Source of the DNA: Chrysemys picta bellii
Taxonomy: Eukaryota
DNA length: 64,000 nt
NCBI RefSeq assembly: GCF_011386835.1
Contig: NC_088814.1
Location: forward strand, 2,046,001 to 2,110,000
Direction: 5' to 3'
The notes beneath the pieces were generated by a model. The model ran no database searches and was not told the DNA's origin. It worked only from the letters and a program-made list of their open reading frames with translations. Below, one piece after another: positions 26,701-38,700 of this stretch (position 1 is the stretch's first letter; each line of letters begins with the position of its first letter). The position numbers were made by a program, and so were the translations under genes.

Positions 26701-29700
26701 AGAGTGAATGAAATGTATGAGCACTGCTCCAGCACTTTAACTAGAGTGAAAGCCACACGGACATCCGCCATAATGAATGCTGACAGCTGTCACCTTACCG
26801 CGTAGACGTGTTCTCCGTAAGCTATTACTCCTATTCCACTTCTTCTGCTTCTCATTGGTGCGATTAGCGTCCACTGGTTTGTCTTAGCATCATATGCTTC
26901 AGCTGTGAATAGGCATTCATTTCCATTGAACCCACCACATATATAGACCTGTTTTAAAAAGATTACAATATTTCTATTTGTGGGGGGGAAATGAAATGAT
27001 CCTATCCTGTTTTGGAATAGCCTCTTTTCCTGGGCTGGGTTAATGCAAGTGCAGTGATGGACCACGGGGGAACTGAGTTTGGACTTCTGTTTCCTGAGAT
27101 GGGAGTTCTATAGAAGTACTAGGAATCCCCTAGCTCAAGGGGTCGGGACCCCTCAGGGGGTTGTGAAAATATTACCTGGGAGTCGCGAGCTGTCAACCTA
27201 AACCCCGCTTTGCCTCCAGCATTTATAATGGTGTTAAATATATAAAAACGTGGTTTTAATGGATAAGGGGCGTTGCACTCAGAGGCTTGCTCTGTGAAAG
27301 GGGGCACCAGTACGAAAGGTTGAGAACCACTGTTCTAGCTCTCATCTACTAGCTTTTGCATCTAGTCCCCTATTCTAATCTTCTCCACATGCTTATGTTC
27401 GTGCCCTTCTGTTCTTGGACAGCCCAAGGTCTGTCGTACCAGAATCTAAAGGGTAAGTCGGGAAGTGAAGAGCGACCGATTGACTGGTAAATTGATCACC
27501 AGTCCAGTGGGCGTGTCTGTTACGCTTGCCACTGCTACCGCTCCTTTCAGCAGGATTTGCAAAGCACGTCACGAATATACTTCACAGGCCTCCTCTCCCC
27601 CTCCAAGGGCCTGCCATAACTGGGAAAAACAGACTGGTGACGTGCCGCTGGAAGAGTTGAATTACAGCCCCAGCATTCCCGATTCCTAATGTCCCCTGCT
27701 CTGTTACACGCGGTCTCAGCACTACTCCGGCCTCTAGGGTCCTGAGCGGCTGCATTTCCACTCCTTTTTAAACCCTGAAAACATTTAACTTCTACAGGTT
27801 AATTTTTACAAAATCCTCTTGCCACATGCCTGCTTCTAGCAAATATACCAAATAAACAATATTTTTGCATCTAAAATTGTACTACAATTGTGTGACCAGT
27901 TCTTGCTCAGACAGATTTTTGCATGCCTAGCTCTAGAACAGGAAAAAATATGAATCAGATATAAAATATTAATCAATATTAATTAGCACATGTGGAGTAA
28001 GTCTCTCTCCCATCTACTAGCTTTGGGCATCCTAACCACACCTCGGCATCCGTGGGAGTGCTCACATCAGTCCTGGGACACTGATTTCATCAGCTACGTG
28101 CAGAGAAGGGGAGCGGCTACAAAAGGTACCTTTGCTCCAGTTTCCTTTTAATGCTTTCGTTTGTATTTTTCCAAAGTTTGTAATTTGAGACGCTTATGAA
28201 AAAAGATTAACAAGCGCTGGCCAATTTGTATCTCCAGACCACATCTCTACAACTCCTGAAATCAAAAGCTGAATTTTGCTCTGGACTAGGAGCCACTTCC
28301 CCTTTCCATGCCTCTTGCTTCCCCTTCCCCCCTTTGCCTTATCCATTGAGCCTGTCAACTGTAGGTGCTTAGCACAATGGGGCCCTCAGCTGAGCTTAGC
28401 CCCTTCCCTAATGCAAAGAGTAATGCATGGCCAGGCTATTGTACTTATCGGCGCAGACAGCACCTCCATCAATATATGGTGCTGTATCTTAGGGCTCGTC
28501 TACACTGCAGACACCACAGCAGCACACGTACAGCACTGCAGGTGTGCTGCTGCAGGCGTGTAATATAGACATTTGCTACAGCAACAGAAGGGTTTTTTTT
28601 CCATCCCAGCAGTTACTTCCACCCCCTCGGGAGGCGGCAGCTACATTGATGGAAGAATTCTTCCATGGATCTAGCGGTCTCTATGCCGCAGCTTAGATCG
28701 GCTTAACCACGTCTCTCGGAAATGTGCATTTTCCACACCCCTGAGCGACATTTCTGGGTCAACCTAAGTTTTAGGCCTTAGTGTTAAGATATATTCGATC
28801 TGTTTTTTTGTTGTTGTTTTTTTGCAGGACGTGTGTGCTGATGTTGGTTCTTTCTGCGTTCCAATCAATCCCGGTGATTCTAGAGGCGACTATTACAACA
28901 TGCACCGTTTAACGCTACCACGCTACAGACGGCAGTTTGGTCCCAGTCCTGCTCTCTTGCTCACCAGAGGCAGCAGCTGCATTCCGTAAGCTCAAGTCCT
29001 TTTTACCTTTCCATACAGCGTGGTGGCGCTCGCGTCGCTTCTCTGTTCGTGCATGGGTGCAATCAGCGTCCACTGGTTTGTCTCTGGCTCGTATCGTTCT
29101 GCTGTGTTGAGCCGCACGTAGCCGTCGAACCCTCCCATGGCGTAGATGAAGTGGTTAAGAACGGTGACGCTCACGTAGCAGCGTCTCGAGTGCATGGGAG
29201 CAACCTGGTGCCATGTTTTCTTAAGTGGGTCAAACCGTTTGACGCTATTAAAATAGTCCACACTGTCGAATCCTCCAATGATATAGACGTAACCTTTTAA
29301 ATAGGCAGCACCGTGGTAAGCACGGGGGCTTTCCTGCTGACATGTGACATTCACCCATCTGTCTGCCCGGGCGTCGTACGTTTCAATGGCATTGGTTGGG
29401 CTACCCCCGCTCCATCCACCAATAGCAAACAAAATTGCATAGGGCAGGCGAGGCCTCGTGAGCGGGTTGGTGAAATCGGAACTTGAGGGGCCGTTCATGT
29501 TGAGATCATACATGGCTTTCAGTGCATTTATGATGACAGGCTTGCATTCCTCACTGTCCTTTACATAGTCGTGCATTTTAACGTTGTTCATAAAATACTC
29601 AGCATGCATCAGCGCTAGTCGAACCTGGAAAGGCAAAGGGGAGGCGGGAATCAAGATGGAGGGTGGGTAGTTAGGAGAGCCGTCTCTGGATGGTTTTTAC

Positions 29701-32700
29701 CTACTACAGGACTGGCCAGCTAGAAATAGTTTGATTTCAACCATGGTGGAGCAGGGACTCTGAAAGGAAGACTGGCTAGCTGAGAGGCTTGTCAATGGGA
29801 ATACCGTACTTTCCAGGCCCTCACAGGTCACTGCTTCAAATCAGGCCTGGTTTTGGCACTGACCGAAGGCTGTTCGTAGAATCAGAGCAAGAGAACCTAG
29901 GAGGACACCTAGTCCATTCCATGGCATCTCATGCAGGACTACCTCCCTAGGCTGTATTTTCCATGGGTTTGTCCAAGTCTAGTTTTAAATCTCTCAGGCC
30001 ACAGGGCTTTCCCTCCTTTCCTTTGGGAGACTATTCCTTAGCCAAAGACATCTTTATGCTCCCTAGTACCCCACCAAATAATTCCTCCCTTGGCACATTC
30101 ACCCCAGGTTTGTAGGTGTTTATACCGTCTCTACCCCCTCCGCTCAGCCATTGCTCAGCGAACGTATACACACTTCATTCTTTTAATCTTTCCTCATCAG
30201 TCAGTCCCTCTGGGTCCCTAATCCTTCTTCTTATAAAGTGATACACTTCCAGTTTCTCATCTATGCCCTTCTATAAAGAGGCAGAACTGAATGTATTGTT
30301 GCAGGTATGGATACTTCAGATTCACATGGTGAGAGGGGGGCTACTTCTTATCTATGACACGATGTGTCTGTATAGGAAACCTAAAACTGCATTGGCCTCA
30401 CTTGCTACTGTATTGCATTGCATAGCTAATGACATGCCTCCAAACTTCCTTAAGGCAGAGTCAAGTTTGCCCAGTGGTGCCTTGTGCCCTTCCAGAATGT
30501 GGAGAGCGGCTAACTTCAATTTCTGAAAACCAGAAAATACTAAGTTATGGCAGATGCCACCCCCACGATGGAGTCTTAACTCTCTGCCCCCCTGGAGAGG
30601 TTCATAGCCACTTGGAATGGGTGAGAAAGGGCAGGTGCAAAGGATAACAAACTACCAGTGGAAGTGGTGGATTCTTTATCCCTTGAAGTCTTTGGTAAGA
30701 CCAGATACCCTTCAGTAATATGCCTTATTCAAAACACAGGTATTCGTCTCAATACAGTAGTAACTAGATTAAATTCTCTGTCCTGTGTGATACTGGGGGT
30801 CAGACTAGATGATCTAATAGTCCCTTCTGGGCTTAACATCTAGTAATCTAGAATTAGATCTGTGGAAGGACTAAGCAGGCCATTGTTTGTGTTGTGTTCC
30901 ACTGATCTGCATGCTCTCCCGCTGTGTTAAGTGGTGGTGGGTTCATTGGAGCAGCTTGATCCAGCTGCGACTATGATATGACAAGAGGGACGTGGGTACC
31001 TTGAGGGATCGCGTGTGCCTCATTTCAGCGCTAAATTTTCAGCAGACACACACAAGGATGCCTTCTTGCCATGGGGGTTGTCACTGTGGTCTCAGAGATT
31101 TCGGGAGTGGTAAAGGGAAGTAATCCTTGGGACCAGGGCGAAGGGGTGATTCAAGTTTCGCAGGTCTGGGGTGGTTTGTGTGTCTGAGTGCAGACCAAGT
31201 GTAAGTAGCTCCTGCTTGCAACGCTTGGCCTAAACCCTAGTTTGGCCTTAGCAAGGAACACGTGTTGGCCTTTATCCCACGCTCATGTGATCTATCCATG
31301 AGGATAGAGTGCTAGTGTGTGTGATTGGTGTGTCTGGGCTCTGGTAAGAAGGCCGAATTAAGATTGCAAGAGGGGCGTTCATCCATCTTTTCTTGGTTTT
31401 CCTGGGTCTCAGAGGTTTAAGTTAGCCACTCAGCATTTTGGAAAGGCACAAGGCACCACTGGGCAATCTTAACACTGCGTTAACTAAGTTTTGGGGGGAT
31501 TTAGTTTCCTTGGTTTAAAGAAAAAGTCTTGGTACCACAGTCCAGCTTTCCCCCTCCACAGCCTCTGGCTCCTTGGCAATGATTTGCTGCTATCCTGGTC
31601 AGCCCCCATGCTTCTGCAACGCTCTGTGGACTCTCCAGGCTCCCTCACAGGGATCTGATTACAGGATTGGGGCCTACAGGCTAGCTTCAGTGTGGGAAAA
31701 TCTTTGCACAGCCACTATCTGTTATACATTTCCTGTGCATTAAAAGGAACTAACTTCAGTTTAAGGAGCTGCTACTCTAGCCCCTTTCAGCCACCCACCA
31801 CTGTTTAGCAGGCATGAGAGAAAACCAGCAACAAACTGACCTTAGGCAGCAAGACTGAAATGTACCGTTTCCTGTTTGGGGGATCATGGGAAATCCATTT
31901 GAGAATGGCCTCGAACACTGCATCTTCTTGTTTCACGTTGAGTTCGTCCTTTTCAATGATGTCTTTAAACTCATTGACCGAGAGCTCTAGAAACTCCGTA
32001 GACACCTTCACCATTTCCTCGAAGTTATGCAGGATGAACATGTAGGCCGTCTGCCGCAGGTCCGGGCAGTGGTAGTACTCTGTGAACTTGCAGATGCCGA
32101 TGCAGTTTTCCAAGCACAGCTGAGACTTTAAGAACTCGCAGCACCCCCTGACAATGCCCATGATGTTGAACTGGTCTGCTGCAGCCAGGAGCCGCTCCAC
32201 GTTGTCAGCAGTGACTGGGACTGTCCTAGTATAGGCATACTCAATAATTAGCTTCATCATGTCGGGGGAAATGCCAGGGATATTATACACTCTCTTCTCC
32301 GTGTTGTTCCAGCCACTGGTAAACAAAGCCCTGGAAAATGAAGCAACACTTTAACCAAACAGCCTATATAAAATCTACTGTTTTATGTATACATCCCTTC
32401 TTCACCAGCTCACGCTCCAGGTGGATAGACGACTTGGGATAAGCAATGGCAGGCTAGACCTTTTCACCTTGGGTTTTAAACCAGACTACAGGATAGTGAC
32501 CAAACGCTCATTGGCTTGTTGGCCTGTGTTAAATGAGTTGGGGCCTTGGGGATGGTTCCCAGTGGATAAGTAGCCACAGAATGACTGGCTGCCTTGTTGC
32601 AGCAGAGACAACGGAGGGGAACCGAAATCGCCTCTGGCTTACGTGGCAGGAAGCCGGGCATCTTGGCAGGGCAGTGTAGGGAATCCCAGAATGGCCCTTC

Positions 32701-33120
32701 CCATGCTGTTCCTGCTCTGTGGATAAATTCTGGACACCAGTTTCCAGGGCTATGGTTAAATATTAGACTGTGGCCTGATACTGGTTTCTAGGCCGTTATC
32801 AGGACTCTGGCTAAACAATGGATGCCAGTTCCAGGGCTTCCGTCCACCCCAAATCCATTTTAAAACCATGACGATAGACAAGCAAGCCGTCACTGAGCCT
32901 GTTCCCTTGCTTGGCTTGCTTCAAGCACTGACCTAAAGTAGGAACTGCAGCTACATAAGATGTTCTTGTGGGCATTGAACTCTAAACCATTGACTTTGAT
33001 GACCACATCACAGAGTTTGCCTTCCAGTCGAAGCTCGTTGAAGACTGTGCAAGCCATAGCGCTCATCTTTCTCTCCATGTGGGGGTGGGAGTACCCCGCT
33101 GAAGCCGAGGTGTCATCCAT
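23770..33120 (-). CDS. KLHL10: Kelch-like protein 10 (BTB-BACK-Kelch; spermatid protein in mammals)
   Basis: Five exons on the minus strand: 33120-32933, 32330-31841, 29624-29007, 26948-26799, 24144-23770. 606 aa, [22 protein letters not shown]...[14 protein letters not shown]. All junctions GT-AG and in phase; six GG-containing kelch repeats. Confidence 0.97.
25583..25886. mobile_element. GC-rich hAT-type MITE
   Basis: Imperfect TIRs (CAGAGCCATCCC / GGGACGGTCCTG) and perfect 8-bp TSD TGTACAGT at 25575-25582 and 25887-25894. Confidence 0.8.
26081..26595 (+). mobile_element. 5'-truncated CR1 LINE (ORF2 C-terminus and 3' UTR)
   Basis: Translation [32 protein letters not shown]...RTRGH..K...[19 protein letters not shown] is a typical CR1 ORF2 tail; ends in a TTCTTATG-type motif. 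Confidence 0.92.
27136..27332. mobile_element. hAT MITE, second copy of the 11961-12182 family with a damaged left end
   Basis: Shares CCCCGCTTTGCCTCCAGCATTTATAATGGTGTTAAATATATAAAAACGTGGTTTTAAT and the TTGAGAACCACTG end. Confidence 0.85.
28492..28779. mobile_element. Degenerate Harbinger-like MITE
   Basis: Begins GGGCTCGTCTACACTG after TTA, like the 9652 and 39946 ends; right end eroded. Confidence 0.5.
29878..30430 (-). mobile_element. Old CR1 fragment
   Basis: Reverse complement of CR1 3'/ORF2-like sequence (AGAATCAGAG...GGACACCTAGTCCA...CTAGTTTTAAAT...GGGAGACTATTCC); boundaries approximate. Confidence 0.55.
30647..30855 (+). mobile_element. CR1 3'-end fragment
   Basis: GTGGTGGATTCTTTATCCCTTGAAGTCTTT...GGTCAGACTAGATGATCTAATAGTCCCTTCTGG motif typical of CR1 3' ends. 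Confidence 0.75.
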
Positions 33121-33519
33121 GTCCGTAAGCCTGGAGACAGCAGAAGAAGCTCCTCTCCGAGGCGCTACTGGGCTTTCTCCTTCCCCGCTCCTACATGTTC
33201 TTTGAAATGCGTATTTAGCCCAGCAGTTCCAGAACACGCCTGATAATGAGATCACTGACAGGGCCGGGTTCTAGAACCTTTCCTGCACTTAGCAGCAGCT
33301 GGGACAGTTGCCCTAGATCAATGGGGCTGGCTGCAATGGTAAATTGTTTGGCGACTGATATTTGCATCTCCCGCCTCCTCTGCTTGCCTGGCACCATTGG
33401 AGCTTGAATTCCAAATCCGTCTGACGTTTCACAGGTACCGCGCAATGGCTCTCGGCCTTGTAAGACTGCATAATGACGTCTATGGAGACAGTTTTACTCC
33501 CTCTGGAGCGTCTTAACCA

Positions 33520-33795
33520 TTATTATGCCCATTTTACAGATGGGGAAGCTACAGCACAGAGAGCTTAAGTGGCTTGCTTAATGCTACACAAGTCAGTGGC
33601 AGAGCCAGAAGTCAAGCTCACCTTATTCAGCCTGGTGCCTTACCTGCTGGATTGCGTATGCTGCCTGCTATCTGGAGGGGCAGTAGAGTCCTGCAGGAGG
33701 CCAGAACAGGAATTAGGAGTCAGTTCCTGACTTTGCCACTGACTCACTGTCTGACCTTTGGCAAGTCACTTCTTCTCCTCTCTGAGCCTCAACAT
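33520..33795. mobile_element. MIR-like SINE relics
   Basis: CCCATTTTACAGATGGGGAAGCT...AAGTGGCTTGC (minus orientation), then CTGACTTTGCCACTGACTCACTGTCTGACCTTTGGCAAGTCACTT...CTCTGAGCCTCA (plus-orientation core). Confidence 0.6.
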
Positions 33796-34619
33796 ACCCA
33801 TCAGTAAGTAATAGGGGCAATGAAAAAAGCACGTTACTGAGGATTTGTAAGGATTCGTTATCGTTTGTAAAGTGCGTTGAGATCTGTGAATGGAAGCAAC
33901 TAAAAATGCAGTTGGTTTTATTTTGTCTTCAATTGAATGAAGTGATGTTATTTAGGGTTGTGTTGCAGGAAGTTCAGAGGCAGTTTCCAGCATGACCCGG
34001 TTTTACTTTTGGTGTTGTGAGATAAGAGCTAGTGGCCTTAATGTTCAGTTTCCTGTCTTTTGACTCTGTTTAATAACTTACCTACAACCGCTTCTCCTGA
34101 GTGACCTTCTAGCACTGGTTGCAAGAGGCTGGGCTCGTGCCAGCTGAAACCAACACGGGTCTGTGACGAGCCCAAGTTGCAGCAGTTACCTGCTGGGTTT
34201 GTTCTGGGAACGATTTACAGTCTCGATACTGTTTGTGGGCAATGGGGAAGTGGGAGCGCCCGCTGGCAGTGAACCTTGGGACAGGTGAGGGCCTGAGCAG
34301 GTGTGGTAGTGAGCACCTGCAACGTGCGGCCTCTAACGGCAGCGATGGTGGGGGTGCTCTGCAGCTCCTGGCAGGCTGGGCCCTAGATCGCACAATATCA
34401 GCTTTCTGCAGCCCGCCCCGGCCCGCCCTGCACTGGCAGATACACTGGGTGATGCCAGCCCAGCAACTCCAGGGGCTGAACGTGGCTGCCCTGCTGTCCC
34501 CAGGGGGCAGGGTCACCGAGAGCCACAGCTGGGACGTCCTGCAGTGACGGAGGATATCCAGCTCGGCACTCTACCCCCGCCCCCCATTAGGCCATGCCCT
34601 CAACGCGGCAGCACTTGCA

Positions 34620-35445
34620 TCCTGACTCCCAGCCCCGCAGTCCTGCCCCCTAACCTAACAGACCCCCAGACTCCCAATCCTAGCACAGTCCTGCCCCCTA
34701 GCCTAACAGACCCCCAATCCTAGCACAGTCCTGCCCCCTAGCCTAACAGACCCCCAGACCCCCAATCCTAGCACAGTCCTGCCCCCTAACCTAACAGACC
34801 CTCAGACCCCCAATCCTAGCACAGTCCTGCCCCCTAACCTAACAGACCCCCAGACCCAGACCCCCAATCCTAGCACAGTCCTGCCCCCTAACCTAACAGA
34901 CCCCCAAACCCCCAATCCTAGCACAGTCCTGCCCCCTAACCTAACAGACCCCCAGACCCAGACCCCCAATCCTAGCACAGTCCTGCCCCCTAACCTAACA
35001 GCCCCCCAGACCCAGCCCCCCAATCCTAGCACAGTCCTGCCCCCTAACCTAACAGACCCCCAGACCCAGCCCCCCAATCCTAGCACAGTCCTGCCCCCTA
35101 ACCTAACAGCCCCCCAGACCCAGCCCCCCAATCCTAGCACAGTCCTGCCCCCTAGCCTAACAGACCCCCAGCCCCCCAATCCTAGCACAGTCCTGCCCCC
35201 TAACCTAACAGCCCCCCAGACCCAGCCCCCCAATCCTAGCACAGTCCTGCCCCCTAGCCTAACAGACCCCCAGCCCCCCAATCCTAGCACAGTCCTGCCC
35301 CCTAGCCTAACAGACCCCCAGCCCCCCAATCCTAGCACAGTCCTGCCCCCTAACCTAACAGCCCCCCAGACCCAGCCCCCCAATCCTAGCACAGTCCTGC
35401 CCCCTAACCTAACAGACCCCCAGACCCAGCCCCGCAATCTCAGAC
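34620..35445. repeat. C-rich minisatellite, about 16 units of mostly 48 or 54 bp
   Basis: GCACAGTCCTGCCCCCTA(A/G)CCTAACAG anchors at 34683, 34723, 34771, 34819, 34873, 34921, 34975, 35029, 35083, 35137, 35185, 35239, 35287, 35335, 35389. Confidence 0.98.
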
Positions 35446-35559
35446 CAGCCCCCCCCGTGTAAACAGACCGCACAGCCAGCCTCCCAAGACTAACCTAATT
35501 GACTCCCCCCTACCCCCAGGGCTGGCTCCAGCTTTTGGGGGGTTAACACGACCCGGACG

Positions 35560-35750
35560 TGCCCCCCCATTGGCCGCCCCAAGCACCTGCTTCCTTTGCT
35601 GGAGCCCGCCCTGCTAACCCCAGCCCCGCAGTTTAAACGACCAGCCTCCAATCCGGATCCAGCCCCGCCCCCCGGCTCCTCCCCCCCCGGCTCCTCCCCC
35701 CGCGTCCCGGCGCTTCAGTTTCTGTTTCCTGGGGAGCCGGAGCCGCGATG
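35560..35750 (+). promoter_or_regulatory. NT5C3B promoter and first exon region
   Basis: ATTGG 35569-35573, CCAAT 35648-35652, GC box CCCCGCCCC 35663-35671; CpG-rich; precedes GCCGCGATG|GTGAGA. Confidence 0.65.
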
Positions 35751-38700
35751 GTGAGAGGGGGGCGGGGGAGCATTGGGGGCTGGGCAGTGGGGGGCGCACA
35801 GGGGGAGGGGAACAGGGCACAGGGGAGCACTGGGGGAGGGGCAGTGGGGGAGCACTGGGGGCGGGGCAGTGGGGGAGCACTGGGGGTTGGGAGGAGGGGA
35901 ACAGGGCATAGGGGAGCACTGGGGGAGGGGCAGTGGGGGAGCACTGGGGGTTGGGGGCACAGGGGGAGGGGAACAGGGCACAGGGGAGCACTGGGGGCGG
36001 GGCAGTGGGGGAGCACTGGGGGCGGGGCAGTGGGGGAGCACTGGGGGTTGGGAGGAGGGGAACAGGGCATAGGGGAGCACTGGGGGAGGGGCAGTGGGGG
36101 AGCACTGGGGGTTGGGGGCACAGGGGGAGGGGAACAGGGCATGGGGAGCACTGGGGGAGGGGCAGTGGGGGAGCACTGGGGGTCGGGGGCACAGGGAGAG
36201 GGGAACAGGGCACAGGGGAGCACTGGGGGAGGGGCAGTGGGGGAGCAATGGGGGAGGCAGGTGGGGTGAGTAGGGGAAGCCTTGGGGGAGCAGAGCCAGG
36301 GGGTGGGGGGAGAAGGCAGAGAGTGGGGCGGGGCATGTTGTTATAATGAATGGAAGCTGCCAGTGTCGCTGATTTCAGGGTTTCCCTGCACAGAAGGGGC
36401 CCCCATCTCTGGCACCGGGTGCCCCACACGCACCCCCATGCTGCGGGATGGAAGCTGCGTCCTGCTTAGCGCCCAACTGCTGTGGTGTTAGCATGGGTGG
36501 TTGTCGTGGTGCAGACACTGTGAGGGCCGTGGTTGCTCCCAGCACCTAACAGTCCGGTTTGGTTCTCCAGCCACAGCCGCCGTGCTGACCCCCGGCAGCC
36601 GGCTAGAGCCGGAGCTCCAATGGGAAGCCTCTGGGTGTCTACATGGGCTGCCCGGGCCACTGCTGAGCGAGGGCCAACAATCAAAGCAGTAAGAACGTCA
36701 GTGCAGTTGTGGTTAGAGAAGTGGCAGGCAGAGAGATGCCCCGTTCCCCAGCATCTCAGCTTCCCAGAGTCTTTGATTCCCATATGCTGCCTCCCTTAGC
36801 CCCACCGAGCCCACCTCACTATGGGAGAGTCAGCTGGGGCTCTGTCTGTCCTGGTACAGCAGCAGAACAGCTAGAGAAGGCCCTGAGCCTGCAGCATCAG
36901 GAGTTGCAGGATCAGGGCCTAAATTGTTCGTGGCTGGTAAATCCATCAGGATTCTCCAAGACCAGAGGTAGAGAAATTGCTCTTTGGCTTATCAGTGGAG
37001 CCGGTTTGAAGTGGAAGAACTGATCGGGACCCTGTAGTGTCATCTCGCCAGAGTTGATTTTCTGCCTCCTGCCTCGGTCCCTGGAGGAGAGAGATGCTCC
37101 TTAAGGCACTGCAGGGTGAGAGGGTGTTCGGTGAGCTGCGTCGAAACCAGGCCGGCGAATACCGACCAGGCTGGCGCCTGTTGCTGGGGCGTGTCTCTTA
37201 GCACTGACCCCTTCCTCGGAATCCATCTGTGCCTGCAGGTTCCTGAACTGGAGAAGGCGACGGTCCACATGAAGAATCCCGAGCACGTGCAGCGCGTAAT
37301 CTCGGCGCTCAGGAAAGAGGGAACAGACAAACTACAGGTTCCTCTTTGTGTTCTGAGCTGCGCGGTCAGGAGTTTGCAGCCCGTTCCTGGGGGAGATTTC
37401 AGCGTTGCCATGGCAGTGGGGGGGGGGATAATAACGCCCCAAGTTTGTGTGGCACCCATCAGCTATTTACGGCACTTGTGTAGCCTCCATTTCCGTAGTA
37501 CGTGAGTGCTTGCACCAAGGCCGTTCTCCTGACAGTGCCCGTGTGAGGTCGGGAGATGCTGTTCCCGCCATTGGACGTATGTGGAACACAGAGACCGAGT
37601 GACTTGTTGGGGAGAAGCAGGGAATGGAACCTGGTTCTCCCGAGTCCAGGCCGGCACCCTGACCACTGCCCCTCCTTTTGTGTTCAGCTGCTAGGGGCTC
37701 TCTCTCGATGAGCCAGTTTGCACAGCGCCCGCCCCTTGCCAGGAGGCAAATCTCCAGGGCCCTTTTGTGCAGATGGGGAAACAGGCATGGGCGGGGGGAT
37801 CCCAAGATTCTGGCGGCCCAGAATCTGCCTTCCTGCTCTTCTCTGGTGAATAGCCGCTCCTACTGCAGGAGAAATGCAGGCCCTTGCTGCCCACCCCCTT
37901 CCCCGCGTACCTCTCACAGCACAACGTGCTGGGTCAGTTTCAGAGATTGGCCTTTTCTCCCCCTCCTTGTGTCCTTCAGGTCATTTCGGACTTCGACATG
38001 ACTCTCAGCAGGTTTGGATTTAACGGGCGACGATGCCCCACGTCGCACAGTGAGTCGAACGAGCGCTATGTTCGTTGGTTTGGAGCTTCTGTTCCTCGCT
38101 CCTGTCTCCGTCGTCGCTGTCTCACCTGCACCTTCCCCACCCTCACCCACAGGCTGTTGCTAAGCCCTGGCGTTTTCCTCCCCAACCATCTCTCGATACA
38201 GTCCCTTCTGCTGCCGAAACTCTGCTCCGCACCTTGGCCCTCGCTCATACTGATTGCACTTCCTCCCCCACCCCATCCAAAATGCCGCTGTGGAGATCAC
38301 CGTCCTATCTCATTGCTCCATCCCCAGCCTGCACGTCTGCTCGCTTCTCCTAGGGCACCTCCCTGGCTCCTTACTCACCGCTGCATCCTTTCCACCACTT
38401 TCCTTCCTACCACCCACTGTGCTCAGAGCCCCCGCCCAAGCCCCTTTTTCCCTCAACTCCCTCTCTCAAGGCTGGTCTACACAAACACTTAAACCTGGGG
38501 GGTAAAGTAAATCTACCCTGCACTAGTCTGCTGTGCTCTAAGTGTCCGTGTTGACCCTGTTGTTACGCACGAAAAGTTCCCTGATCTATTCCTCCTTCGG
38601 AGAGATGCCCTAACGGGGTCCTGGTTTTCAGGAAATGCTGAGCACCCACTCTCTGAAAGGGAGGCGCCTGTCAAACGTCTCAAGTTGGCATCCAAAAATT

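Noticed and set aside
33121-33255. In-frame upstream ATG that would add 45 aa to KLHL10
   Set aside because: Similarity to known KLHL10 begins near 33120; the extension is unrecognisable and probably 5' UTR or promoter
34620-36270. Regularly spaced repeats resembling a CRISPR array, and long repeat-encoded ORFs (223 aa, 271 aa)
   Set aside because: No unique spacers, no cas genes, eukaryotic context; these are minisatellites and the ORFs are low-complexity by-products
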